25,491 bases of DNA from Bacteroidota bacterium. Its GTDB lineage: Bacteria; Bacteroidota; Bacteroidia; AKYH767-A; OLB10. The position numbers were made by a program, and so were the translations under genes. This document shows, in pieces, positions 8,049 to 17,598 of this stretch (position 1 is its first letter; the number at the start of each line of letters is the position of its first letter). Location: positions 1 through 25,491 of the forward strand of contig JBJTJB010000386.1 of the NCBI GenBank assembly GCA_046095245.1. The letters are read 5' to 3'. The notes below the pieces were generated by a model, which saw nothing but the letters and a program-made list of their open reading frames with translations, was not told the DNA's origin and ran no database searches.

Positions 8049-9326
8049 TCAACGGTCTTTTCTAAAAAACCGATTCACCTCCGCCATCGAACTACCCGCA
8101 TCGGCAAGGGCCATGGGCAGTTGAAGTGCGACTTCTTTCAGGAGACCTTCAATGTCCTCCCTCGTCATGTGCAAGGTGATCGGTACACGTATGCCGGTAT
8201 TGTTGTACGAAACACTCGGAAAAACAGATAGGTTCACGTAATAACCGGCATTCATGAGTCGGCGAACCAGATTGTATCCCACCACTGGCTTTCCCAGACA
8301 AATGAACTTGACCGGAGAGATATCATCCGACATCATTGGCAGATCGAGTAAGCGGGACGTCTGATTGAAAAACTTAATCCGATCCTGTAGTTGCTTCTGC
8401 ATGAATCCGATTTCCTGGGTCAGGTGGATTCGCATGGACGCCACTGCGGCTCCCAGTACAGGAGGAGGCATCTGGATGCTGAAAATAGAAGTCTTGCCAT
8501 AATCGTGTACCCGCCTGGCTTCATCCGGATCTGGAAACACCATTACACCACCTGCTGCACCAAAAGCCTTTCCGAGTGATGTACTTAAGTACATACGCGG
8601 ATGTGATTTTGTCTTACTCATTACAAAACCCGACCCATTGGGTCCGGCCCAACTCATGCCGTGGGCATCGTCGATGTATAAATTCAACTGCTCATACCGA
8701 TCGAGCAATTCCGTGATTTCCGATACAGGTGCCAAATCGCCGAACATTGAATACACCCCATCGGCCATGTACCAGATTTTCCTGCAAGATGTAGAAAGGA
8801 CCTTGACGCGATCTTCCAGCAAATCAAGTCGGTTGTGCCTAATCACCTCAACAGGAACTCCGCGTTCCTTTAACAAGGTGACCGCCATTTGCACGCTGGC
8901 GTGCACACTCACGTCCATTATGACGGCATCCTCCTCCCCGACAATAATCGGCAAACTGCTCAGATGTCCAAGCGTAGTTGTATTAAAAACAGCTACTGGC
9001 GTTCCGAACACTTCTTCGAGGCCATGTTCCAGTTCACCATAAAGCGGTGATGACAGGTATGAACGCGACGAGGAAAACTGAACACCAAACCGGGAAATCG
9101 CATCAACAGCGCCCCCCATCAGACGCTGATCGAGGTCAAGGCCTAAATAAGAGCAGGATCCGAAATTCTTCAGCTTGCGGCTGTTCAGGGTGACATGCCG
9201 GCCGTCGAGCTGCGCATCCTCTACCGTTTGAAGAATGATTCCGAGATTTTTCCCGGATACAGAAACTTCATCCAGCAGGGATAAAATCTGTTCATGCTTG
9301 GTTTTGAGTCTGTTTTCGGGATTCAT
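8049..9326 (-). CDS. PLP-dependent alpha-oxoamine synthase family enzyme (BioF/Kbl/SPT/CqsA fold), divergent subfamily
   Basis: NFGSCSYLGL, HASVQ, DGVYSMFGD, DDAHG, Schiff-base lysine in SLGKAFGAAGG, and terminal VFPSV...GIRV. The start is set at ATG 9326 (MNPENR). Confidence 0.88.
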   Translation of the reverse strand: MNPENRLKTKHEQILSLLDEVSVSGKNLGIILQTVEDAQLDGRHVTLNSRKLKNFGSCSYLGLDLDQRLMGGAVDAISRFGVQFSSSRSYLSSPLYGELEHGLEEVFGTPVAVFNTTTLGHLSSLPIIVGEEDAVIMDVSVHASVQMAVTLLKERGVPVEVIRHNRLDLLEDRVKVLSTSCRKIWYMADGVYSMFGDLAPVSEITELLDRYEQLNLYIDDAHGMSWAGPNGSGFVMSKTKSHPRMYLSTSLGKAFGAAGGVMVFPDPDEARRVHDYGKTSIFSIQMPPPVLGAAVASMRIHLTQEIGFMQKQLQDRIKFFNQTSRLLDLPMMSDDISPVKFICLGKPVVGYNLVRRLMNAGYYVNLSVFPSVSYNNTGIRVPITLHMTREDIEGLLKEVALQLPMALADAGSSMAEVNRFFRKDR

Positions 9327-9461
9327 CAGGTATATCAGGCCAAATGCTGATCTGCACCTAAAGTACCGTGGACCCGCAGCACATTCCAGACCGAATCCAT
9401 TCAATTATCAACCCGGGGGTGTTGATGGAATAGCGTGGTGAATCAAGTGAAAAAGCCGAGT

Positions 9462-11372
9462 TCAATCCTGTAGCAATGCAAAACCATTGGGCCTCACATC
9501 ACCCATCGTGACCCGGCAAGGCTCGGCAAGTCGGATATCCTGCGACAGCAATAGCGCTTGGGAGGGATAGGCCTTTTTGACGACCATACGACGGATAGCC
9601 TGATTTGCTGGCCATGTATCGAACTTGCCTGTGACCTGGGGATCACTTTCCGTATAAAAGAGATAAGTGGCTCCCGCATGGTACATCCGACCCGCAGTGC
9701 GTACATTCCCCGCATCCGATTTCGAATGTAACCCCTCCTGATGTCCGATACCGATGGTAGCGCCATCGTTCAGACTAAAGGTACCATCGCCGCTCACGAC
9801 AGCCTGTTCACAAAGCAACTCTGCACCTGTTTGCACTTCGAACATTCTGTTACGCGAAATTGGACCCAGAACGGCACCCTTGATTGACAAAGAACGATCC
9901 GTGGGGATTCGCATGTTTCCAAGTTGTACCGAGCAATCTTCACGTTGTATCCATCGGGCGGATGTTGAGCCATCAGCTCCAACCTTGAGTAAACTGTTAG
10001 CAGATTGCCTGCAATCGAAGCGGCCACCGAGCAAAATCACGTCCCCTTTCACCGATAGTGTTGTTGCGGCCGTTGTGTTCCGGGAATCACTAAAAGCCCC
10101 CTTGCGCATGACGAAGCGGCCATCTACATTCAAACGAAGGACACCATGTTGTGGACCGGCAAACTCGCCGCCATCAAGAACCAGATCGCCACCTACATTT
10201 AACGCTGCATCAGACGATGGAATGAAACCGCCCTTTCCAGTACCTGACAGAACCAGATCACCCTTGATTTCGGGAAGCGATAATCCAACGGGTAGACAGA
10301 CATCGGGATCGACCTCAAACCGAAAAGAACCCATGGTGGGCACGTGACCGAAGGATGCATTACCCATGCGCAAAATCACTTGTACTGAACCCCTGGCGAT
10401 TTCGGTTGTGAAGGCCGGAAGCGGACCTGTTGAATTGTGGTAATACAATGAGCCGCTTTCAAGACGCAAATCCGAGATAAACCAATCGCCGGCTACTGCC
10501 GTATCGACCTTGAGAACTCCACCACAGGCTACCTGAACGGCACCAAGGCGAAGAGGTGCAGTGATTTTCAACTCACCGCCTTTTTCAACAACGAGCGTTT
10601 GCAGGTTACCGCCCGTACTGGAGATCATCCGATGACCGGACTGGATGAAAAAACTATTCCGAGTTTCATTCATTTGCCTTGGGGGCAAACCGGATCCATC
10701 GCGTCGGGAATTCCAGGATGCGGCTTTATTGAGCGACAGACTGCCCATTGAATAAAAAGGGATGTTGGGCAAAATGAAACGCTTCCCCGCCGGATTTCCG
10801 TGTTCAGGCCTTACAATACGAGAACCGATTCGGACCTCGCGGCATGCGGCATCTACGGCAGCGCCGGGTGCACTTGCATCAGCAGGTATATCGTACGTAA
10901 GCCAAAAATGATTTTTTCCGCGCATCAATTCTTTTGTGCCCGTAAAGACGAGCTCCTCCCCGCTGATTCGAACGAGTGTTGACCCGACCGTTTCCTGCAA
11001 TGAAAACTCCGGGTCATTCCCGGTAAACCAAAGCCTGGCATTCATGAAATGACGCTCATACGGTAATGTTGTGCCCCGCGAAACGAAGGTGACGCTGTTG
11101 AGTGCAATAGGAACACCTTTTCCGTTGGTTTCAACGACCAGTCCGATTACACATTGGTTGATACTGCCACGCAATACAGGCAGCGTATCCTGATTAACCG
11201 ATACGCCAACCAAGGTCATTCCCGAGGCAGCTTTCCCCTCTTCTTCGACAGCGAGATTGAAAAAGACCAATAAGCCCAAACCAAGGGCCAGGGTAATTCC
11301 TGCGAAAACAAGCGTTACCTGACGTAAACGTGTAGATGGACTTTGCCTGAATCTGATTCGTTTTCCTGACAT
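9462..11372 (-). CDS. N-terminally anchored or secreted protein with a BNR_assoc_N-like (sialidase N-terminal) Ig-like domain and a beta-helix-like region
   Basis: TM or long signal segment VTLVFAGITLALGLGLLVFFNL. PVLRGSINQ...ARLWFTG...GKNHFWLTYDI matches my recollection of the BNR_assoc_N domain. The rest is Gly/Leu-rich beta-strand repeats (LNVGGDLVLDGG, LSVKGDVILLGG). No T9SS C-terminal domain is recognisable. Confidence 0.72.
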   Translation of the reverse strand: MSGKRIRFRQSPSTRLRQVTLVFAGITLALGLGLLVFFNLAVEEEGKAASGMTLVGVSVNQDTLPVLRGSINQCVIGLVVETNGKGVPIALNSVTFVSRGTTLPYERHFMNARLWFTGNDPEFSLQETVGSTLVRISGEELVFTGTKELMRGKNHFWLTYDIPADASAPGAAVDAACREVRIGSRIVRPEHGNPAGKRFILPNIPFYSMGSLSLNKAASWNSRRDGSGLPPRQMNETRNSFFIQSGHRMISSTGGNLQTLVVEKGGELKITAPLRLGAVQVACGGVLKVDTAVAGDWFISDLRLESGSLYYHNSTGPLPAFTTEIARGSVQVILRMGNASFGHVPTMGSFRFEVDPDVCLPVGLSLPEIKGDLVLSGTGKGGFIPSSDAALNVGGDLVLDGGEFAGPQHGVLRLNVDGRFVMRKGAFSDSRNTTAATTLSVKGDVILLGGRFDCRQSANSLLKVGADGSTSARWIQREDCSVQLGNMRIPTDRSLSIKGAVLGPISRNRMFEVQTGAELLCEQAVVSGDGTFSLNDGATIGIGHQEGLHSKSDAGNVRTAGRMYHAGATYLFYTESDPQVTGKFDTWPANQAIRRMVVKKAYPSQALLLSQDIRLAEPCRVTMGDVRPNGFALLQD

Positions 11373-11391
11373 ACGATTTACCGAATGCCAT

Positions 11392-11421
11392 TTGTACGGA
11401 ACACAGCGCTAAACGGTTGCA
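11392..11421 (-). promoter_or_regulatory. ECF-sigma-type promoter, copy 2 (TGCAACCG-N12-TTCCGTACAA), upstream of the BNR_assoc_N gene
   Basis: The minus strand reads TGCAACCG TTTAGCGCTGTG TTCCGTACAA. 18 of 30 positions are the same boxes, at the same spacing, as 7556-7585. Confidence 0.72.
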
Positions 11422-11423
11422 AT

Positions 11424-11453
11424 CAAAAAAAACAGGCCCGAATCCGGGCCTGT
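11424..11453 (-). terminator. Intrinsic terminator of hppD
   Basis: A 9-bp stem (ACAGGCCCG/CGGGCCTGT, 11432-11453) with a 4-nt loop, followed on the minus strand by a T-run (A-run at 11425-11432 on plus). It lies 23 nt past the hppD stop. Confidence 0.88.
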
Positions 11454-11476
11454 CTGTTAATCAAGTGGTGCTTCCG

Positions 11477-12571
11477 TTACAGATTGCCTCTTAAAGCCTG
11501 CTCACGTTCGATGGCCTCAAACAGCGCCTTGAAGTTGCCTTTACCGAAGGAACGGGCGCCCTTTCGCTGAATGATTTCAAAAAAGACCGTGGGGCGATCC
11601 TCCACCGGCTTGGTGAACAACTGGAGCAGGTAGCCTTCCTCATCACGATCGACCAGGATACCCAAGCGGGCGAGATCATCCATGTCCTCGTCGATCTTTC
11701 CTACCCGAGCCGTAAGGTCATCGTAATAGGTTTTCGGAACCGCCAGAAAATCGATGCCGCGCTCCTTTAACTTCGATACGGTTTCGATGATGTTATTTGT
11801 AATGATGGCGATGTGCTGTACACCAGCGCCATGGTAAAACTCCAGGTATTCGTCGATCTGGGATTTCTTTTTCCCTTCGGCAGGTTCATTGATGGGAAAT
11901 TTCACATATCCGTTACCGTTTGATACCACCTTTGACATCAGCGCGCTGTATTCGGTGCTTATGTCCTTGTCGTCGAAGGTGATGATCATCTTGAAGCCCA
12001 TCACATCCTCGTAAAATTTGACCCATTCGTTCATCCGGCCAAGCTCCACATTCCCCACACAATGATCCACGTGTTCCAGACCGACCGGTTCGACTTGAAT
12101 CGATGAAGACGCAGCACGGTAGCCGGGCATGAATGGACCGCTATAGTTCTTACGCTCTATGAACTTATGGATCGTATCACCGTACGTGTGAATGGCAGCT
12201 ATACGCACCTCACCGAAGTCATCACTGAGTGTAGTGGGCTGGGTATGCGCTTTAGCCCCTCGGGACATGGTTTCATAAAACGCCTTCTCTGCGTCATCGA
12301 CCCAAAGTGCCAGAACCTTGACTCCATCACCATGCTGTGCCACATGCTTTGTGATTTCGTGATCGGGATGCAAAGCCGTTGTGAGTACAAAACGCACCTT
12401 GCCTTGTTGCAGTACATACGATGCGCGATCGCGGATTCCTGTTTCGGGGCCGGCGTAGGCTACTAGCTTGAATCCGAAGGCATGTTGGTAGTAATAAGCG
12501 GATTGCTTGGCGTTTCCGACATAGAATTCAATGTGGTCGGTGCCGTTCAAGGGGAGGAAATCGGTGCTCAT
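11477..12571 (-). CDS. hppD: 4-hydroxyphenylpyruvate dioxygenase
   Basis: DHIEFYVGNAKQSA, HGDGVK, DHCVGNV, KFPINEPAEGKKKSQIDEYL, GVQHIA, YLLQLFTKP and FFEIIQRKGARSFGKGNFKALFEAIEREQ. Confidence 0.97.
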   Translation of the reverse strand: MSTDFLPLNGTDHIEFYVGNAKQSAYYYQHAFGFKLVAYAGPETGIRDRASYVLQQGKVRFVLTTALHPDHEITKHVAQHGDGVKVLALWVDDAEKAFYETMSRGAKAHTQPTTLSDDFGEVRIAAIHTYGDTIHKFIERKNYSGPFMPGYRAASSSIQVEPVGLEHVDHCVGNVELGRMNEWVKFYEDVMGFKMIITFDDKDISTEYSALMSKVVSNGNGYVKFPINEPAEGKKKSQIDEYLEFYHGAGVQHIAIITNNIIETVSKLKERGIDFLAVPKTYYDDLTARVGKIDEDMDDLARLGILVDRDEEGYLLQLFTKPVEDRPTVFFEIIQRKGARSFGKGNFKALFEAIEREQALRGNL

Positions 12572-12588
12572 GCGAAATTATTGTTGGT

Positions 12589-12596
12589 CAAAATTA
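12589..12596 (-). promoter_or_regulatory. Sigma-A -7 box (TAATTTTG) upstream of hppD
   Basis: Perfect TAnnTTTG 17 nt before the ATG. The -33 element is not evident. Confidence 0.55.
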
Positions 12597-12642
12597 CGCC
12601 TAAAACTGCAATCTGTCCAGCACTTGAACAGAGCCCGTAAAA

Positions 12643-13161
12643 TCAATCAAGGGGTTTGGATTCGGCATCGACCCTCATCCACGAAAGGCTTTCCAGCAGG
12701 CTGTCAACGGAATGCGCAAACCCGGAGACCCGAGCGGGAGGATTCACCTCCATTACCCTGATTTTTCTCAGGGTATGCGATGAATACACCTGAAGGTTGA
12801 GACCGGGATAATCCGCCAGCAGTGGGTTTATGTACACCGAATCCATGCGTGTGATTCCGGACGAACGAATCAACTGTTTGAGTGAACGGAGTTGGTTTTT
12901 GTCCAAATGAGCCTGCCATTGACCCTTTCGGTCCACACTCTTTTTACCCGTATAGGTTGCCAACCCGTTTCTGTAAATGGAGGCCAGATAGACGGGACAA
13001 GTTCCCATGCAGGGAGTCCGCTCGATGGACACCCATACCACATCCACATGGGCCGATCGCATGCCAAGGCCGGAGTCGACCGGGCCCCTGCAAGCAAGAA
13101 AAGACATCAGGATACAACCGAGCAGACCACCAAGTCGCGGGGATGCCATCCCTTGTTTCAC
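12643..13161 (-). CDS. DUF6438-like lipoprotein
   Basis: Lipobox SFLA|C and motif SIERTPCMGTCPVY...G...YTG. The GTG start overlaps the yidC stop (GTGA); an ATG at 13149 is an alternative start. Confidence 0.72.
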   Translation of the reverse strand: MKQGMASPRLGGLLGCILMSFLACRGPVDSGLGMRSAHVDVVWVSIERTPCMGTCPVYLASIYRNGLATYTGKKSVDRKGQWQAHLDKNQLRSLKQLIRSSGITRMDSVYINPLLADYPGLNLQVYSSHTLRKIRVMEVNPPARVSGFAHSVDSLLESLSWMRVDAESKPLD

Positions 13162-15023
13162 TTGGGCATATTGTAACCACGATCCTTGGCCATCTTCTCA
13201 AGCCGTTGCTGAAACTTGGACTTGGTTTGAGCGGCGGGGCGCTTTTTGTTTTCCTGGATCTTCCGGTGGATTTCGTCTTCGTCAACGAAGGATCGGAAAA
13301 GATACTGCTGACCGATACTGATCGTGTTGGCCAGAAAGTAATAGTAACTCAACCCTGCCGAGTAGTTGTTAAATACGCCCAGGAAAATGATCGGCATCAA
13401 GTACATCATCCACTTCATCTGCGGGTTGGTCATGGTGGTTTGACTATTCACCATCGTGATGAGCAGCGTTGAAACCGTCATCAGCAAGGTGAATAAACTC
13501 ACGTGGTCACCATAACCCCAAATATGAAAGGGCAAATCGAGAATGGAATCGTACGTACTCAAATCCTTGGCCCAGAGGAAACTCTCCTGTCGCAACTCGA
13601 TGGACTGCGGGAAAAAGCGGAACATGGCGATGAGGATGGGGAGTTGCAAGAGCATGGGCAGACAACCGCCAAGAGGGCTAACACCTGCTTTGCGGTATAG
13701 CCCCATCATTTCCTGCTGCATCTTCATTGGATCCTCTTTGTGTTTACCCTGGATCTCCTCCACTTCCGGACGCAATACCTTCATTTTTGCCTGGGATAGA
13801 TAGGCTTTGAACGTGAAGGGAGAAAGCATCAGCTTGATCACCAGGGTCAGCACGAGGATGATGAGACCATAGTTCCAATCGAAACTGTTCAGGAAATTGA
13901 AAATCGGAATGACGATGAACCTGTTCACCCAACCGAAAATGCCCCAACCGAGTGGAATCTGTTTTTCGAGATGATCGCCTGCAGCGCTTAGATACTGGTA
14001 GTGGTTCGGGCCCAGATAGAAGTGCATTGCCACTTCCTCGCTTGCCGCATGACGGTAGGGCAAGGTGAAAGATGCCTTCATGGCCTTCACAAACGAATCG
14101 GTTTCAAGACCGGACACCGTACTGATTCGGGTAGGCTTATCGAATGCATCTTCGGCAACCAGAACCTGGGTAAAGAACTGCTGCTTCATGGAAACCCACT
14201 TCAGTCTGGTTTTGATCTCATCCTGATCATCGCTTGTTTCACTCAGGGATTCCACTTCGGCATCATCATCCGCAAAAATGTAGTACACAGTCGAATTGGT
14301 TCGCTCAGTTACAATATCGCCCTCCTGAGGTTGCAAATGCTGTGACCATCCTAGCTCCACATATTGGGTGTTGGAGGCAATGATATCCTGTACGCCGACG
14401 AAGCGGATATCGAAACCCAACTTATAGCCTTGGCCGGAAATCGAGTATACGTACTCAATGTATTTCGTGGTATCACCGGCAAACAGGCGCATGGAAAGTG
14501 TGGCTGAATCGCCGGCAGCGACTTTGGTGCCCTGGCCGGTTGCCGCATAATACAATTCACCGGTATTTATAATTCGATTTCGCGCAAAGAAGTTCAATTC
14601 GAAACGCGTCGAATCTCCGCTGAACAACTTGACTGGCTTACCACCGGAAGTCTTGTATTTCTTCAACTCCACCTCACGGATCTGGCCGCCCAGGGATGAA
14701 ACCGAGACCTTCATGTCTTCGTTCTCCAACACGAAAACCTTGTCTTCACCTTTGCTTGCCGGCGCGAATGGGCCAAGCAAGTCATTCATCCGGGCAGAAC
14801 GGGTGGAGTCGTCCACTATGCCGGTATCAGCAGCTGCCTGAATCGGAGCGCGAGAGGCCAACTCCTGCTGTTTTGCTTTCAGCGCGGAAGCTTCGACTTG
14901 CTCTACGCTGTCGCGCCGATGCTGGATGGCATCGAGCTCCTCCTGAGAGGGTGCTGTAAAAATGCTATAACCGATGAGAACCAGGCCGATAAGAAACAGC
15001 CCGATCATTGACTGACGATCCAT
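13158..15023 (-). CDS. yidC: Membrane protein insertase YidC
   Basis: N-terminal TM and large periplasmic domain, then GWGIFGWVNR, NYGLIILVLT, KAYLSQAKMKVLRPE, GGCLPMLLQLP and YSAGLSYYY. Confidence 0.97.
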   Translation of the reverse strand: MDRQSMIGLFLIGLVLIGYSIFTAPSQEELDAIQHRRDSVEQVEASALKAKQQELASRAPIQAAADTGIVDDSTRSARMNDLLGPFAPASKGEDKVFVLENEDMKVSVSSLGGQIREVELKKYKTSGGKPVKLFSGDSTRFELNFFARNRIINTGELYYAATGQGTKVAAGDSATLSMRLFAGDTTKYIEYVYSISGQGYKLGFDIRFVGVQDIIASNTQYVELGWSQHLQPQEGDIVTERTNSTVYYIFADDDAEVESLSETSDDQDEIKTRLKWVSMKQQFFTQVLVAEDAFDKPTRISTVSGLETDSFVKAMKASFTLPYRHAASEEVAMHFYLGPNHYQYLSAAGDHLEKQIPLGWGIFGWVNRFIVIPIFNFLNSFDWNYGLIILVLTLVIKLMLSPFTFKAYLSQAKMKVLRPEVEEIQGKHKEDPMKMQQEMMGLYRKAGVSPLGGCLPMLLQLPILIAMFRFFPQSIELRQESFLWAKDLSTYDSILDLPFHIWGYGDHVSLFTLLMTVSTLLITMVNSQTTMTNPQMKWMMYLMPIIFLGVFNNYSAGLSYYYFLANTISIGQQYLFRSFVDEDEIHRKIQENKKRPAAQTKSKFQQRLEKMAKDRGYNMPK

Positions 15024-15041
15024 GAAGGGAAATTAGGTCGA

Positions 15042-15049
15042 CAAAAATA
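15042..15049 (-). promoter_or_regulatory. Sigma-A -7 box (TATTTTTG) upstream of yidC
   Basis: Perfect TAnnTTTG in the 60-nt pyrG-yidC gap, 18 nt before the ATG. Confidence 0.55.
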
Positions 15050-15083
15050 GTCAACCAAGTGGTAGGCACAGGCCTCAATGGGC

Positions 15084-16847
<1,764 letters not shown>

Positions 16848-17059
16848 TTATGTAAACATTTGTTAATGAGCTATGAACGGTGTAAAAAAGACTGATTTAC
16901 CCTCAAAAATCTGCCCGATTTGCCAAAGGCCCTTCACCTGGAGGAAGCGCTGGGAGCGAAACTGGAATGAAATAAAGTACTGCAGTGAGCGCTGTCGCCG
17001 GAACAAATCCGGTGGTTAATCTGTTCTTGCTCTAATTCTGCAACCATACCTCTGAAATC

Positions 17060-17521
17060 ATGCGCATTCTGGAAAGCAAGCAATTTTTACCGATTCCCAT
17101 CGAACAAGCCTGGGATTTCTTCTCATCACCCGAAAACCTGAATGCCATTACCCCTCCTCACATGGGATTCAAAATACTATCAGGATTTGAATCCGGTCAA
17201 AAAATGCATGCCGGGATGGTGATACGCTACCATGTCAGTCCGGTAGCCGGTATCCGCATGAACTGGGTCACCGAAATAACCCATGTGGACCACCTGCATT
17301 TCTTTGTTGATGAGCAGCGCTTCGGCCCTTATGCATTTTGGCACCACCAGCATATTTTCCGCGCAGTTGCCGGCGGTACTGAAATGACCGACATCGTACA
17401 CTACAAAGTCCCCATGGGTCCACTTGGACTACTGGCAGACTGGCTATTTGTGAAACGGCAGGTGCAATCGATTTTCGATTTCAGGACAAAGAAGCTTGAA
17501 ACCCTGTTTCCGGCCGGCTGA
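17060..17521 (+). CDS. SRPBCC (START-like) family protein
   Basis: AWDFFSSPENLNAITPP, WVTEIT, FVDEQRFGPYAFWHHQH and DIVHYKVP...IFDFR. Confidence 0.9.
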   Translation: MRILESKQFLPIPIEQAWDFFSSPENLNAITPPHMGFKILSGFESGQKMHAGMVIRYHVSPVAGIRMNWVTEITHVDHLHFFVDEQRFGPYAFWHHQHIFRAVAGGTEMTDIVHYKVPMGPLGLLADWLFVKRQVQSIFDFRTKKLETLFPAG

Positions 17522-17564
17522 TCCGCGCGCACCGTTTGTAAACGGATACAAATCCGAATACACC

Positions 17565-17594
17565 TTGCATTCGCATTCCGGCCAGCTAGGTTTG
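17565..17594 (+). promoter_or_regulatory. Sigma-A promoter, TTG-N19-TAGGTTTG, ending 4 nt before the DUF2851 GTG
   Basis: TTG at 17565-17567, TAGGTTTG at 17587-17594, GTG at 17599. Confidence 0.68.
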
Positions 17595-17598
17595 CCGG

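Noticed and set aside
8049-9326. Calling the PLP enzyme bioF, kbl or spt
   Set aside because: Substrate-side motifs diverge and no biotin, tdh or sphingolipid genes are nearby, so no symbol was assigned.
9396-9430. Imperfect hairpin (ATCAAC...GTTGAT) between the BNR_assoc_N gene and the synthase
   Set aside because: The stem is short and imperfect with no U-tract on the minus strand, so it cannot be supported as a terminator or riboswitch.
11477-12571. hppD as part of the signalling module
   Set aside because: A strong terminator separates it from the module, and it has its own sigma-A box.
12573-12580. TAATTTCG as another leaderless-type box at hppD
   Set aside because: It is only 1 nt from the ATG, and a perfect box exists at 12589-12596.
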